Shown here: positions 16,396 through 24,912 of the stretch, in pieces
Layout of the letters: each line of letters begins with the position of its first letter
How positions within the stretch are numbered: position 1 is the stretch's first letter
Origin: Minisyncoccota bacterium
GTDB lineage: Bacteria > Patescibacteriota > Minisyncoccia > Phycocordibacterales > JACOZG01
Assembly: GCA_020057185.1 (NCBI GenBank)
Contig: JAGVGK010000027.1
Span: 1-46,602, forward strand
DNA: 46,602 nt
Direction: 5' to 3'
Made by a program: the position numbers and the translations under genes
The notes under the pieces: generated by a model
Seen by the model: the letters and a program-made list of their open reading frames with translations, nothing else
Told to the model about the DNA's origin: nothing
Database searches by the model: none

Positions 16396-17685
16396 ATGTC
16401 AGCGATTGTCAGATTTGCGCCGAGTCCGACGGGGACGCTTCATGTTGGTGGTGCTAGAACCGCGCTGTTTAATTATCTTTTCGCCAAACAAACTGGCGGG
16501 CAGATTTTTTTGCGGATTGAAGACACCGATCGCGAACGGTCGAAGCCGGAATTTGAGCAAAATATTCTGGAGAGTTTAGACTGGCTCGGTTTTAAGTTTG
16601 ATAACTCTCAACCAATTCGCCAATCTGAACGGACGGCGATCTATCGCGAAGCTTTGGAGAAATTAATTTCGAATGACACAGCTTATATTTCTAAAGAAGA
16701 AATTAGTGATGATAAGAAGAGGGGAGAGGTGATTCGCTTACGCAACTCTGGTCAGAAAATTACTTTTACTGATCTGATTCGGGGTGAGATTAGTTTCGAT
16801 ACCACCGAACTCGGGGATTTTGTCATTGCTAAAAGTCTTGATGAACCACTTTATCACTTCGCCGTGGTCGTGGATGATTGGGAAATGAAAGTCTCGCATA
16901 TTATTCGTGGAGAAGATCACATCTCGAATACGCCGCGGCAAATTTTGATTCAAGAAGCGCTCAGGGCATCGCGCCCCGTTTACGCTCACATCCCCCTTAT
17001 TTTGGCCCCGGATCGATCTAAATTATCGAAACGGTCTGGTAGCGCGGTGTCGGTGACGGAATATCGCGAACAAGGATTTTTGCCCGGCGCGCTTCTCAAT
17101 TATCTCGCTTTGCTCGGTTGGAATCCGGGCACGGACCAAGAAATATTTTCGTTGGACGAATTAATTAAACAATTTTCACTGACTAAAATTCAAAAAGGTG
17201 GTGCGATTTTTAATCTGGAGAAGCTCAAGTGGTTGAATCGTGAACATCTAAAACTAGCCGGGGATTCGATTTGGGAAAATATCTTTACAGTCGATTGGCC
17301 GTCTGATTTGCGCGCTCGAGTGATTCCGATTATTCGTGAACGAGTGGCAACTCTGGCGGAAGGGGAATCTTTAATTGCGAGCGGGGAGTATGATTATTTT
17401 CGGACTGCGCCGACGATCAATCGAACTCTTTTGAAAACTCCCGAGACGTTAGCGAAAACAATAATCTTGCTGGACGCTCTTGCCGAAACTGATTTTACCG
17501 CCCCGCAAATCAAAACCGTGCTTTGGCCGTACGCAGAAGAAGCCGGTCGGGGCGCCGTGCTCTGGCCCTTGCGGATGGCGTTGACTGGCAAAGACCGTTC
17601 ACCCGACCCCTTCACCGTGGCCAGCATTTTAGGCAAAAAAGAAACCTTGTCGCGCTTGCGCCAAATCACTAACAATGTGGAGTAG
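16396..17685 (+). CDS. gltX: Glutamate--tRNA ligase
   Basis: MSAIVRFAPSPTGTLHVGGARTALFNY (HIGH-type) and KLSKR motifs. Start trimmed from the track's 16213, whose extension has no homology-like content. Confidence 0.93.
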   Translation: MSAIVRFAPSPTGTLHVGGARTALFNYLFAKQTGGQIFLRIEDTDRERSKPEFEQNILESLDWLGFKFDNSQPIRQSERTAIYREALEKLISNDTAYISKEEISDDKKRGEVIRLRNSGQKITFTDLIRGEISFDTTELGDFVIAKSLDEPLYHFAVVVDDWEMKVSHIIRGEDHISNTPRQILIQEALRASRPVYAHIPLILAPDRSKLSKRSGSAVSVTEYREQGFLPGALLNYLALLGWNPGTDQEIFSLDELIKQFSLTKIQKGGAIFNLEKLKWLNREHLKLAGDSIWENIFTVDWPSDLRARVIPIIRERVATLAEGESLIASGEYDYFRTAPTINRTLLKTPETLAKTIILLDALAETDFTAPQIKTVLWPYAEEAGRGAVLWPLRMALTGKDRSPDPFTVASILGKKETLSRLRQITNNVE

Positions 17686-18949
17686 GGGAGTCAAAATTAT
17701 TTTTGGTGTCGCTTTCTTTGGGTGGCTAATAATTCAGACCTCATCGGTAAACAGCGCCACCGTAGATGAATTACGCTCGCAAATTGACGGGCATACTAAT
17801 GAAATAAAAAAACTGGAAATCGAGATCACCGGCTATCAGCGTGATTTATCGGCGACGGCTAAAACGGCATCTGGACTTCAAGGAGAAATTAATCGGCTGG
17901 AATTAACGCGTAAAAAGTTGGCGGCTGATATTAAAGTCACCGAGAATAAAATTGACCGGACAGATTTAGAAATTAAAAAAATCACCCTAGAGATCGGTCG
18001 GAAAAATCAAACTGTAGATGATCGCCGGTCGGCACTGGCGGAGAGCTTGCGCGAGTGGCGCGATCGAGATAATGAATCGTTATTTGAGATAATGCTCACT
18101 TATAACCAATTGGCCGATTTCTGGAACGAACTCGACCAGTTGTCGGCCCTGCAACGGCAGGTGCAGGGCAACATCGTCGTTCTCCGTTCTTTGCGGGCGG
18201 AACTAGAGGTGTCGAAATCGGCGACGGAAAAGGAACGCGCCGAGCTGTCGCGTTTACGACTTCGTTTGGCAGATCAAAAAATGTTGGCGGAAGAAAATAA
18301 AGCCGAAAAAGATCGTTTGCTTAAATTAACAAAAAATAAAGAAGCCAATTACCGAACCTTACTCGCAACGACGCAAGCCAAGAAGGATGCCTTCGAACGA
18401 GAGTTGTTTAATTTCGAATCTCAATTAAAAGTTATTATTGATCCAAAAAGTATTCCGTCGGCCGGGAAAGGAATTCTGGCTTGGCCATTGGATGATATTT
18501 TTATCACGCAACGATTTGGTAAGACGGTAGATGCGAAGCGTCTCTATGTTTCGGGAACACATAATGGGGTTGACTTCCGGGCGGCGATGGGGACGCCAGT
18601 CAAGGCTGTGCTCGCTGGTGTCATCACCGGAGTTGGGGATACTGATCGAGCTTGTCCCGGCACTTCCTATGGCAAATGGGTGTTGATTAAACATGCCAAC
18701 GGTTTGAGCACGGTCTATGGTCATCTCTCACTGACCAAGGTGGTAGCTGGCGAAACCGTGACCACCGGTCAGATAATTGCTTACAGCGGGAGCTCGGGTT
18801 ATTCAACTGGTCCGCATTTGCATTTAGGTGTTCTAGCGACCCAAGGGGTCAAAGTGGGGGAGTATGCTTCCAAATCTTGCGCGGGGGCAATCTTGACCAT
18901 GCCCTTGATTAGTGTGGAAGCTTATCTTGATCCGTTGGTCTATTTATGA
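17675..18949 (+). CDS. Coiled-coil M23 peptidase (EnvC-like murein hydrolase or activator)
   Basis: Signal/TM segment, a long heptad-rich region, and a C-terminal M23 domain (HNGVDF, HLHLG). Confidence 0.85.
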   Translation: MWSRGVKIIFGVAFFGWLIIQTSSVNSATVDELRSQIDGHTNEIKKLEIEITGYQRDLSATAKTASGLQGEINRLELTRKKLAADIKVTENKIDRTDLEIKKITLEIGRKNQTVDDRRSALAESLREWRDRDNESLFEIMLTYNQLADFWNELDQLSALQRQVQGNIVVLRSLRAELEVSKSATEKERAELSRLRLRLADQKMLAEENKAEKDRLLKLTKNKEANYRTLLATTQAKKDAFERELFNFESQLKVIIDPKSIPSAGKGILAWPLDDIFITQRFGKTVDAKRLYVSGTHNGVDFRAAMGTPVKAVLAGVITGVGDTDRACPGTSYGKWVLIKHANGLSTVYGHLSLTKVVAGETVTTGQIIAYSGSSGYSTGPHLHLGVLATQGVKVGEYASKSCAGAILTMPLISVEAYLDPLVYL

Positions 18950-18961
18950 TATTTTTATTAA

Positions 18962-19069
18962 ATGTTTAAATTTATTCTCATGGTGGTGGTCATTGTGGCG
19001 GTGCTAATCTACTTTGATGTAGACTTGCGACCTATTCTTGACAAAATCACCTCAATGTTTCAAAACTAG
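18962..19069 (+). CDS. Possible 35-aa single-TM micro-protein
   Basis: MFKFILMVVVIVAVLIYFDVDLRPILDKITSMFQN lies between the M23 gene and a strong terminator. No clear SD. Confidence 0.3.
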   Translation: MFKFILMVVVIVAVLIYFDVDLRPILDKITSMFQN

Positions 19070-19126
19070 ACAGGGGAGGCAAAGTATGCTAGCCTAGGGA
19101 TGGTCTTACATTATAAAGCTATTTTC

Positions 19127-19156
19127 AATAAGTTAGGCAACGATGCCTAACTTATT
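19127..19156 (+). terminator. Strong hairpin (13-bp perfect stem), probable terminator
   Basis: AATAAGTTAGGCA-acga-TGCCTAACTTATT followed by a T-rich stretch. It ends 9 nt before ATG 19165. Confidence 0.55.
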
Positions 19157-19164
19157 TTACTTCT

Positions 19165-19605
19165 ATGATTACCTTTAACAGCATCGGCTTAGCCGGTCTA
19201 ACGGCGTTGGCCCAATTTACTTCTTTAGCCACTGGCACGACTTCAACTCTCCCGCCGGAGAGTATTCCTAGTGAGACAGTGACGGCGGAAGTTCGAGAGT
19301 ACACGGTTCCCGAGCTGATTCAGGGGTTAAGCTCCCACTATGGTGTGGATGGCGCGTTAGCGCTTGAAATTGCCCGTTGCGAGAGTCGTCTCCAGCAATT
19401 CCGTGAAGACGGGTCTTTGGTGCGTGGTCGGAAGAATCCTGCTGATGTGGGTGTTTTCCAAATTAACGAAAAATATCATCTAGCGCGAAGCCGGGCCGAG
19501 GGATTCGATATTTATACGACTGCGGGCAATATTGGCTACGCGATGTGGCTAATGAAGCACGACGGCGATCGGCATTGGCATTGGAGTGAGAAGTGTTGGG
19601 GGTAG
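19165..19605 (+). CDS. Secreted lysozyme-like / lytic transglycosylase (SLT-type) domain protein
   Basis: ALEIARCESRLQQF...VGVFQINEKYH...GNIGYAMWL resembles the SLT catalytic Glu-Ser motif and the following helices. Confidence 0.6.
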   Translation: MITFNSIGLAGLTALAQFTSLATGTTSTLPPESIPSETVTAEVREYTVPELIQGLSSHYGVDGALALEIARCESRLQQFREDGSLVRGRKNPADVGVFQINEKYHLARSRAEGFDIYTTAGNIGYAMWLMKHDGDRHWHWSEKCWG

Positions 19606-19655
19606 TTAGCTTCGGGTTGGGTCGGGAAAGATATATTATGCGACCCACTACATAT

Positions 19656-20261
19656 TTAAACAGATCCCACTCCCCCTTGGGCTATTATTTGAATCCAATT
19701 TACTTTACCTGACGGAGTAATCGACTCAAAAACAATCTCAAGACCTTCTTTAGTTAAATAGTTTTTAATTTCTTCCATTGTAAAATAACTAAAAAATCTG
19801 CCGTCGTCTTTTTTCACCTCTTCTTCTGGACCATCCGGTTTTTTCTCTTTAACGGCGAGATATAGATGACCGTGGCTTTTAAGTTTTTTTAGTAATCCCT
19901 TTATTGTTTCTCCAACTTTTACCTTGGGGATATGGAGCAAAACTGCTCGTAGAAAAATAGCGTCAAAAACTTGGTCCAGTTTCCCCACATTTGCTAAATC
20001 CATCACCAGAAAAGAACCGCTGGGAACTTCTCTCTTAGCAATATCAACCATTTTTTCTGAAAAATCTATTCCGACTACTTTAAATCCTTTGCTGATCAAA
20101 TATTTAGATATAGTTCCACCACCGCAACCAGCATCAAGAATTAGAGCTCCCGGCGTCAAAAAGTTAACAAATTTATTTGTACCCACTATCCCCCAGTTAT
20201 CATTCTGATGTTCCTTATGCCAATCCTCGGCGGTTAGATTGTAAATTGATTTTAGGTCCAT
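19656..20261 (-). CDS. Class I SAM-dependent methyltransferase
   Basis: Motif I ILDAGCGGGTIS and post-I acidic residue IDFS. 201 aa. Confidence 0.8.
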   Translation of the reverse strand: MDLKSIYNLTAEDWHKEHQNDNWGIVGTNKFVNFLTPGALILDAGCGGGTISKYLISKGFKVVGIDFSEKMVDIAKREVPSGSFLVMDLANVGKLDQVFDAIFLRAVLLHIPKVKVGETIKGLLKKLKSHGHLYLAVKEKKPDGPEEEVKKDDGRFFSYFTMEEIKNYLTKEGLEIVFESITPSGKVNWIQIIAQGGVGSV

Positions 20262-20273
20262 ACAATAATTTTA

Positions 20274-20669
20274 TCACAACCCCGGGCAGTTGGCGGCGGG
20301 CGTGTAGCCCGCGCGCTTGGCTTCCTCTACTGACGCGAACCAGACTTTATTTTCCTCCTTAATCCTTTGCGCCCCTGAACACCACGGGTAATGATATTTG
20401 GTGCCGTTCTTTGAGCCGACCAAAGTGCCGGTTTTTTGACTTGGAATGTTTTTTGTAGATGTGGCGAGTGAAGTCCCGACGCTTCGGTCGGGACCCCGAC
20501 TTAACGTCGGGGCTACCTGCTCCCCTACCGAGTTCTCAATTAAAACCGGCGTTTTGGCCTCTTCAATTTTCGACCACCGGCCGAGACCGAAGCCAAGTGT
20601 CCCGACCAAGATAATATTGATCGGCAAGAGCCAGGGCTTGATTTTATTTAAGCGTTCGATTATACTCAT
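20274..20669 (-). CDS. Membrane-anchored hypothetical protein with a C-terminal Cys/His motif
   Basis: One TM helix. C-terminal sequence is [12 protein letters not shown]...[20 protein letters not shown]. Confidence 0.55.
   Translation of the reverse strand: MSIIERLNKIKPWLLPINIILVGTLGFGLGRWSKIEEAKTPVLIENSVGEQVAPTLSRGPDRSVGTSLATSTKNIPSQKTGTLVGSKNGTKYHYPWCSGAQRIKEENKVWFASVEEAKRAGYTPAANCPGL
20661..20666 (+). promoter_or_regulatory. -10 box (TATACT) 8 nt upstream of the rpmA ATG, inside the divergent neighbour's coding region
   Basis: TATACT-catatctt-ATG. Only 5 bp separate the two divergent start codons. Confidence 0.4.
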
Positions 20670-20674
20670 ATCTT

Positions 20675-20947
20675 ATGGCGCATCGTAAAGCTGGCGGTAC
20701 CGCTCGAAATCTTCGTGATTCCAACCCCCAATATCTCGGGGTGAAGCTTTCGCATGGCTCCACCGCCAAACCCGGCGCGATTATTATCCGCCAACGCGGG
20801 ACTTATTTCACGGCAGGAAAGAATGTCGGGCTCGGTAAAGATCATACCATTTTTGCTCTCACCTCGGGCATCGTCAATTTCAAAACTAAACGGAAAACTA
20901 ATTATGACTCTCGTCAGCGTTTGGTGAAGGTCGTGAGTGTGGTTTAG
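20675..20947 (+). CDS. rpmA: 50S ribosomal protein L27
   Basis: [24 protein letters not shown]... is a canonical L27 with no N-terminal pro-peptide. Confidence 0.95.
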   Translation: MAHRKAGGTARNLRDSNPQYLGVKLSHGSTAKPGAIIIRQRGTYFTAGKNVGLGKDHTIFALTSGIVNFKTKRKTNYDSRQRLVKVVSVV

Positions 20948-21389
20948 ATTCTGATTCAACAACAAGTTGGAAACTGGTTTTTATTTCGCCGTGTTCAACT
21001 GGGATAGTGTGCGCACCAACTTCCTTGATCGGCCGATCTAGTTTAATCCAATCCGACTCAATATCGAAACTCGTTTGCGCGCGGAGCGCTGTGGCGAGAT
21101 CATTGGCATCAAGACCGTCGAAGAGATGACCGAGGTCGTTGGCGCGCTTGGTGAGACGAACCGTGACCTTCGCTAGATCAACGGCCTCTTTAGTCAAGCG
21201 CTCGCGTTTCTCGGCGAGAGCCGTTTCCATTCCTTGTCGTTTGAGTTCGGCTTGGGCGAGATTCGATTTCGTCGCAATCGCACCTAGACCGCGGGCAATA
21301 ATAAAATTTCGTCCGTAACCGGACTTAACTTCTTTCACCTCATACTGCCGACCCAATTTCGGCACATCCTTCAGTAAAACAATTTTCAT
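20898..21389 (-). CDS. rplI: 50S ribosomal protein L9
   Basis: [32 protein letters not shown]-domain. The 3' end overlaps rpmA by 50 nt. Confidence 0.9.
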   Translation of the reverse strand: MKIVLLKDVPKLGRQYEVKEVKSGYGRNFIIARGLGAIATKSNLAQAELKRQGMETALAEKRERLTKEAVDLAKVTVRLTKRANDLGHLFDGLDANDLATALRAQTSFDIESDWIKLDRPIKEVGAHTIPVEHGEIKTSFQLVVESESKPHSRPSPNADESHN

Positions 21390-21396
21390 ATCGCCA

Positions 21397-21402
21397 ACTA
21401 TA
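21397..21402 (-). promoter_or_regulatory. -10 box (TATAGT) 7 nt upstream of the rplI ATG
   Basis: The minus strand reads TATAGT-tggcgat-ATG with no SD. Confidence 0.35.
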
Positions 21403-21521
21403 TCCTATTTCCCCTCTCCTGCCACTATTGACAAACCATTTCGTTAGGTATTCAATAAGAAAGGAATTTGTTCTTGAGTGTGTACTCAAGATTGACAATA
21501 AAAAAGAATAAGGAGATGGTT

Positions 21522-21815
21522 ATGAAGAGTTATGGTAAATTTTGGTTTGTTGTTATTGCCACTACGATATTAGTAGTATCTGAAGTTGTATTTATTGTTT
21601 TCTTAGCGAGATCATGGATTTTCCGGGAGTCGGTGCCAAAATATCAGTTGTCCGATGACGATCTAAGCACAGGAAATTTTGGATTGGTTCTGATCGGAGG
21701 AGTATCATTCATGGTTGTTAGTTTTCTAGTGATATTGGCTTGTGCTTATTTGTTTAGAGACAAAACTTGTGTGACTAACAATGTTGATGATGGTAGTTGG
21801 AGCTGGCCGCCCTGA
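21522..21815 (+). CDS. Two-TM hypothetical membrane protein
   Basis: AGGAG 6 nt upstream of ATG 21522. Two hydrophobic helices. Confidence 0.55.
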   Translation: MKSYGKFWFVVIATTILVVSEVVFIVFLARSWIFRESVPKYQLSDDDLSTGNFGLVLIGGVSFMVVSFLVILACAYLFRDKTCVTNNVDDGSWSWPP

Positions 21816-21913
21816 GAAGATTCAATTTTGTCATGGGTTAGTTGCAGTTAATTCCCGGGTGACCAGCAATGGCCGCCCTTTTCTTTTTTAAAATTTTTCA
21901 TCAAATTTCTTCC

Positions 21914-21949
21914 TATACCACAACCATCCGATCGTACAGATGTGGATAG
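21914..21949 (-). repeat. 36-bp dyad element, copy A (minus strand reads CTATCC-N9-CGATCG-N9-GGTATA)
   Basis: Shares the outer hexamers, the central CGATCG and the exact N9 spacings with copies B and C. Confidence 0.6.
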
Positions 21950-21980
21950 GTAGAACTTAGTTTAGTCAGATAAATAAAAT

Positions 21981-22010
21981 TTGACAGACAAATAAGAATG
22001 GGTGCATAAT
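21981..22010 (+). promoter_or_regulatory. Promoter TTGACA-N18(TGc)-CATAAT for the zinc-ribbon gene
   Basis: -35 at 21981-21986 and -10 at 22005-22010. The -10 overlaps the track's GTG 22002 start, which argues for a downstream start. Confidence 0.5.
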
Positions 22011-22034
22011 GATTTTAGAAAGCGAGGTGTGGCT

Positions 22035-22358
22035 GTGAAAGGTATTTGTGAAGACTGCGGGGGAAATAAAAAGGTTCATAAAAATACTAAGACTGGCAAA
22101 ATCGTTTGCCCAATTTGTTGTCGTAAAGATCCTAATACCCACGAAGAATGTTTTGGGTGTAAAGAAAAAAGACCAGTCGTGGCGTATGATGAATCTAATA
22201 ATCCTCTCTGTATAAAATGTTACAACCAAGACTCGACTTTATTTGAAAAATGTTTCGGTTGTGAAAGAGACAAACCGGTCCACATCCGCGACATGTCGGG
22301 TAAACCAATTTGCCATACCTGTTATCAACCCCAATGGCGTTTGGTTACCAAATCCTGA
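22035..22358 (+). CDS. Cys-rich protein with three tandem CxxC...CxxC zinc-ribbon units
   Basis: CEDCGG..CPICC, CFGCKE..CIKCY, CFGCER..CHTCY. GTG 22035 is preceded by GAGG. Confidence 0.6.
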   Translation: MKGICEDCGGNKKVHKNTKTGKIVCPICCRKDPNTHEECFGCKEKRPVVAYDESNNPLCIKCYNQDSTLFEKCFGCERDKPVHIRDMSGKPICHTCYQPQWRLVTKS

Positions 22359-22391
22359 ACTCCCCTACCACGCACGGGGAGTTTTATTTTT
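22359..22391 (+). terminator. Intrinsic terminator of the zinc-ribbon gene
   Basis: ACTCCCC-taccacgcac-GGGGAGT followed by TTTTATTTTT. Confidence 0.7.
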
Positions 22392-22404
22392 CATTATCTA
22401 AGAT

Positions 22405-22440
22405 TATACCGTAACAACACGATCGTAGATGAGTGGAATA
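22405..22440 (-). repeat. 36-bp dyad element, copy B (minus strand reads TATTCC-N9-CGATCG-N9-GGTATA)
   Basis: 27/36 identical to copy C in the same register. Sits between two convergent terminators. Confidence 0.65.
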
Positions 22441-22464
22441 ATCTTTTATTTTAAAATTTTGGAC

Positions 22465-22507
22465 AAAAAAAAGGGACCCGCCTGATATAAAATATCATTT
22501 AGGTCCC
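22465..22507 (-). terminator. Intrinsic terminator on the minus strand
   Basis: GGGACC..TGATAT-aaa-ATATCA..GGTCCC composite hairpin, followed on the minus strand by T8. Confidence 0.6.
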
Positions 22508-22668
22508 GGACTTCGGACAAGTACCACGGACATTGGACTTTAGTACGAAGTATGCAAGGAATTATGCGTCCTGCCGCGCATGCGTCGTGTTGGAAAGACC
22601 TAAATAATGGGTGGCGGGGTGAATACATCTATTACCGATGGTTCACCCCACCACCAAGTGCACAACTA
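22465..22668 (-). ncRNA. Candidate ~200-nt structured RNA downstream of ctpA (independent sRNA or structured 3' UTR)
   Basis: Has its own TTGACA-N16-TAAAAT promoter and a 14-bp hairpin GGUGGUGGGGUGAA/UUCACCCCGCCACC, and ends at a T8 terminator. The only ORF is a poor 60-aa one. Confidence 0.3.
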
Positions 22669-22674
22669 TTTTCT

Positions 22675-22702
22675 ATTTTACTTATTCACCAATCACTGTC
22701 AA
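22675..22702 (-). promoter_or_regulatory. Promoter TTGACA-N16-TAAAAT on the minus strand, just after the ctpA stop
   Basis: -35 at 22702-22697 and -10 at 22680-22675. Confidence 0.45.
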
Positions 22703-22728
22703 CCTTGACTTCACTTTATTTCTGTTGG

Positions 22729-23940
22729 TTATTTTCCTTGTTTAAGAAACTCAATGGCGCGGAGGAGAACGGGATCGGTCGAAGTGGCGCTGGTGCTAGT
22801 CGCGGCTTTGACGAGAATGTCGGGCTCGAGACCATTGTCTACGAGCGACTTGTGTTTCGGCGTCAGCCACTTGGCGATGGTTACTTTAAGCGAGCTATCG
22901 ACGGTGACGGGAATAAGTTCTTGAACCGAACCCTTACCGAAACTCTTTTCTCCAATCAAAGTGGCGATGTCATATTCCGATAGCGCGCCGGCGAGAATCT
23001 CGGAGGCCGAAGCGCTCCCGCCGTCAATCAGAATCGCCATTTTTAATTGCTTGGTAAAAATATTATAACCGTAACTATTATAACTTTTTTCCTCTCGATT
23101 TTGTCCCCGACTTTCAATCACGATTGGTTTGCCAAGGGGTAGGAACCAAGACGCCATATCCACTGCTGACTCGAGCAGGCCACCGGGATTACCGCGCAGG
23201 TCAAGAATTAATTTATCGGTTTTAGTCGTGATGAACTCACGGAGGGCGGTGCGGAAAGCGCTCGAAGCATTGGCGTTGAAATTATAAAGCTGGATGATAA
23301 AAACGCCATCCTTCACTTCGGTATCAAGCGTGGGAATAGAAATCTTCGCCCGCGTGACCGAGATAGTCTGATCAGGTTGATCGGCACGTCTCACGGTGAG
23401 AGTCACCGAGGTGCCGATCTCGCCTCGGATTAAATTAACGGACTCGACGAGTGATAAGGTCCCCGTCTTGTGCTCGTCAATTTTAATAATCTGATCTCCC
23501 GATTTAATCCCCGCCCGCTTCGCGGGCGTGTCTTTAAGCGCAGTCACCACGGTCAAGATGTGGTCGCGGACGTCAATCTCCATTCCGACCCCACCGAAAT
23601 TGCCAGTGATATTTTCCTCAAAGCTCTTTTTCTCTTCTGGCGGAAGGAAGATGGTGTACGGATCGCCGAGCGAATCGGTCATACCGCTAATCGCTCCCCA
23701 AACGCGTTTCTCGGTAGTCGAAGTCGCGGTGGAGGTACTGGAATGACTATTCACAAATCTTTCGTCCAGAATTTGCCACGCTTTCCAAAAAGCCGTCAGA
23801 TCAACATTAATTGGCGACACCACGGCGCCGTCGGCGATGGAAGTTTTTCCCGCGCCGATGAGCAGACCACTACCGAAAACAATCGCAAGAACGAGTACGG
23901 CGCTAAGTCCAAGGATAAGATGTTTAATCGCGCGAGGCAT
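22729..23940 (-). CDS. ctpA: Carboxy-terminal processing protease (S41, PDZ-containing)
   Basis: PDZ region, LDLRGNPGG, GGSASASEI and FGKGSVQ motifs. Start trimmed to ATG 23940 (MPRAIKHLILGL..., a signal anchor), because the track start 24111 overlaps corA. Confidence 0.9.
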   Translation of the reverse strand: MPRAIKHLILGLSAVLVLAIVFGSGLLIGAGKTSIADGAVVSPINVDLTAFWKAWQILDERFVNSHSSTSTATSTTEKRVWGAISGMTDSLGDPYTIFLPPEEKKSFEENITGNFGGVGMEIDVRDHILTVVTALKDTPAKRAGIKSGDQIIKIDEHKTGTLSLVESVNLIRGEIGTSVTLTVRRADQPDQTISVTRAKISIPTLDTEVKDGVFIIQLYNFNANASSAFRTALREFITTKTDKLILDLRGNPGGLLESAVDMASWFLPLGKPIVIESRGQNREEKSYNSYGYNIFTKQLKMAILIDGGSASASEILAGALSEYDIATLIGEKSFGKGSVQELIPVTVDSSLKVTIAKWLTPKHKSLVDNGLEPDILVKAATSTSATSTDPVLLRAIEFLKQGK

Positions 23941-23985
23941 AGTTTGAGTTTTAATTATATATGATATACTGGAAGAACTGCAAGT

Positions 23986-24912
23986 ATGCTTACACGACGC
24001 GAGTACAAAGGTTTGACTTGGATTGATCTCGAATCTCCTACCGAGTCGGAGCTCAAACAAGTCGCGGATGAATATAAGATTCATCCTTTGGTTGTTGGCG
24101 AGTTGACTCAACCGTCATTGCGCTCGAAAGTTGATCTTTACAGCGACTTTATTTATCTCATTCTCCACTTCCCAATTTGCCAGATTTGCTATGGCGAGCG
24201 GAAGGAGAGCAATCTTGATACGGAAGAAATTGATTTTGTGATTGGTCGAGAATTTTTAATTACGGCGCATTATCAGCCGATCGCTGGAGTCGCCGAATTC
24301 GCCACTGTTTTCCAGCCGAGTCAGCTGGAAGGTCGCGGTCAGGATAAAATGCACGCGGGTTTATTATTTTATCATTTGGTCCGCCAACTCTACGGCGAGT
24401 TGGCGACCGGGCTCGATTATATTAATGGCGTTTTGAAACAAGCCGAAAAGAAAGTTTTTGCCGGTCAAGAATTGGCGATGGTCAAACTCTTAACGGAAGT
24501 TAATCGAAACTTGCTGGACTTCCGTTGGGCGCTCAAACATCACCGCGAAGTGCTCAACTCTCTTATTCTAGTCACTAAAGAATTTTTCGATGATAGTTTT
24601 CGTTATCACTTAGGCGTGGTGATTGGCGAATATGACCGGATCTGGGCGATGCTCGAGAGCAATCGTGAGACCTTTACTGATTTACGCGAAACTAATGAGT
24701 CACTTCTTTCGATCAAGACCAATGAGACGATGAAAGTTTTTACGGTGGTGGCGGTTATCTTTTTCCCACTCACTCTCATCACCCAATTTTTCGGGATGAA
24801 TGTGACTTTGCCGATTGCCGATTCGCCTTATAGCTATTATTTTGTTCTCGCGTTGATGTTGGGGACATTTTTTGTAATGTTGGCGTTGGCTAAATATCGT
24901 CGATGGCTCTAA
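23986..24912 (+). CDS. corA: CorA-family magnesium/cobalt transporter
   Basis: C-terminal FFGMNV (GMN motif) between two TM helices. 308 aa. Confidence 0.9.
   Translation: MLTRREYKGLTWIDLESPTESELKQVADEYKIHPLVVGELTQPSLRSKVDLYSDFIYLILHFPICQICYGERKESNLDTEEIDFVIGREFLITAHYQPIAGVAEFATVFQPSQLEGRGQDKMHAGLLFYHLVRQLYGELATGLDYINGVLKQAEKKVFAGQELAMVKLLTEVNRNLLDFRWALKHHREVLNSLILVTKEFFDDSFRYHLGVVIGEYDRIWAMLESNRETFTDLRETNESLLSIKTNETMKVFTVVAVIFFPLTLITQFFGMNVTLPIADSPYSYYFVLALMLGTFFVMLALAKYRRWL

Noticed and set aside
21800-21879. Direct repeat TGGCCGCCCT (21800-21809 and 21870-21879) at and after the stop of the 21522..21815 gene
   Set aside because: It is only 10 bp with two copies, with no hairpin potential or further homology. 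I could not distinguish it from chance.
21914-22440. Interpreting copies A and B as minus-strand promoters (CGATCG region as -35, GGTATAnn as -10)
   Set aside because: In that orientation both would fire into the 3' ends or terminators of + strand genes, with nothing to express. The TATA-like arms may be coincidental to the dyad.
23941-24111. Long N-terminal extensions of track ORFs: ctpA to 24111, dnaB from 26810, mraZ to 43797, scpB from 11306, rplU to 29242, the zinc-ribbon ORF from 22002, and the 21468 ORF
   Set aside because: The extensions overlap neighbouring genes, promoters or terminators. Conserved N-termini or SD-associated starts lie downstream.
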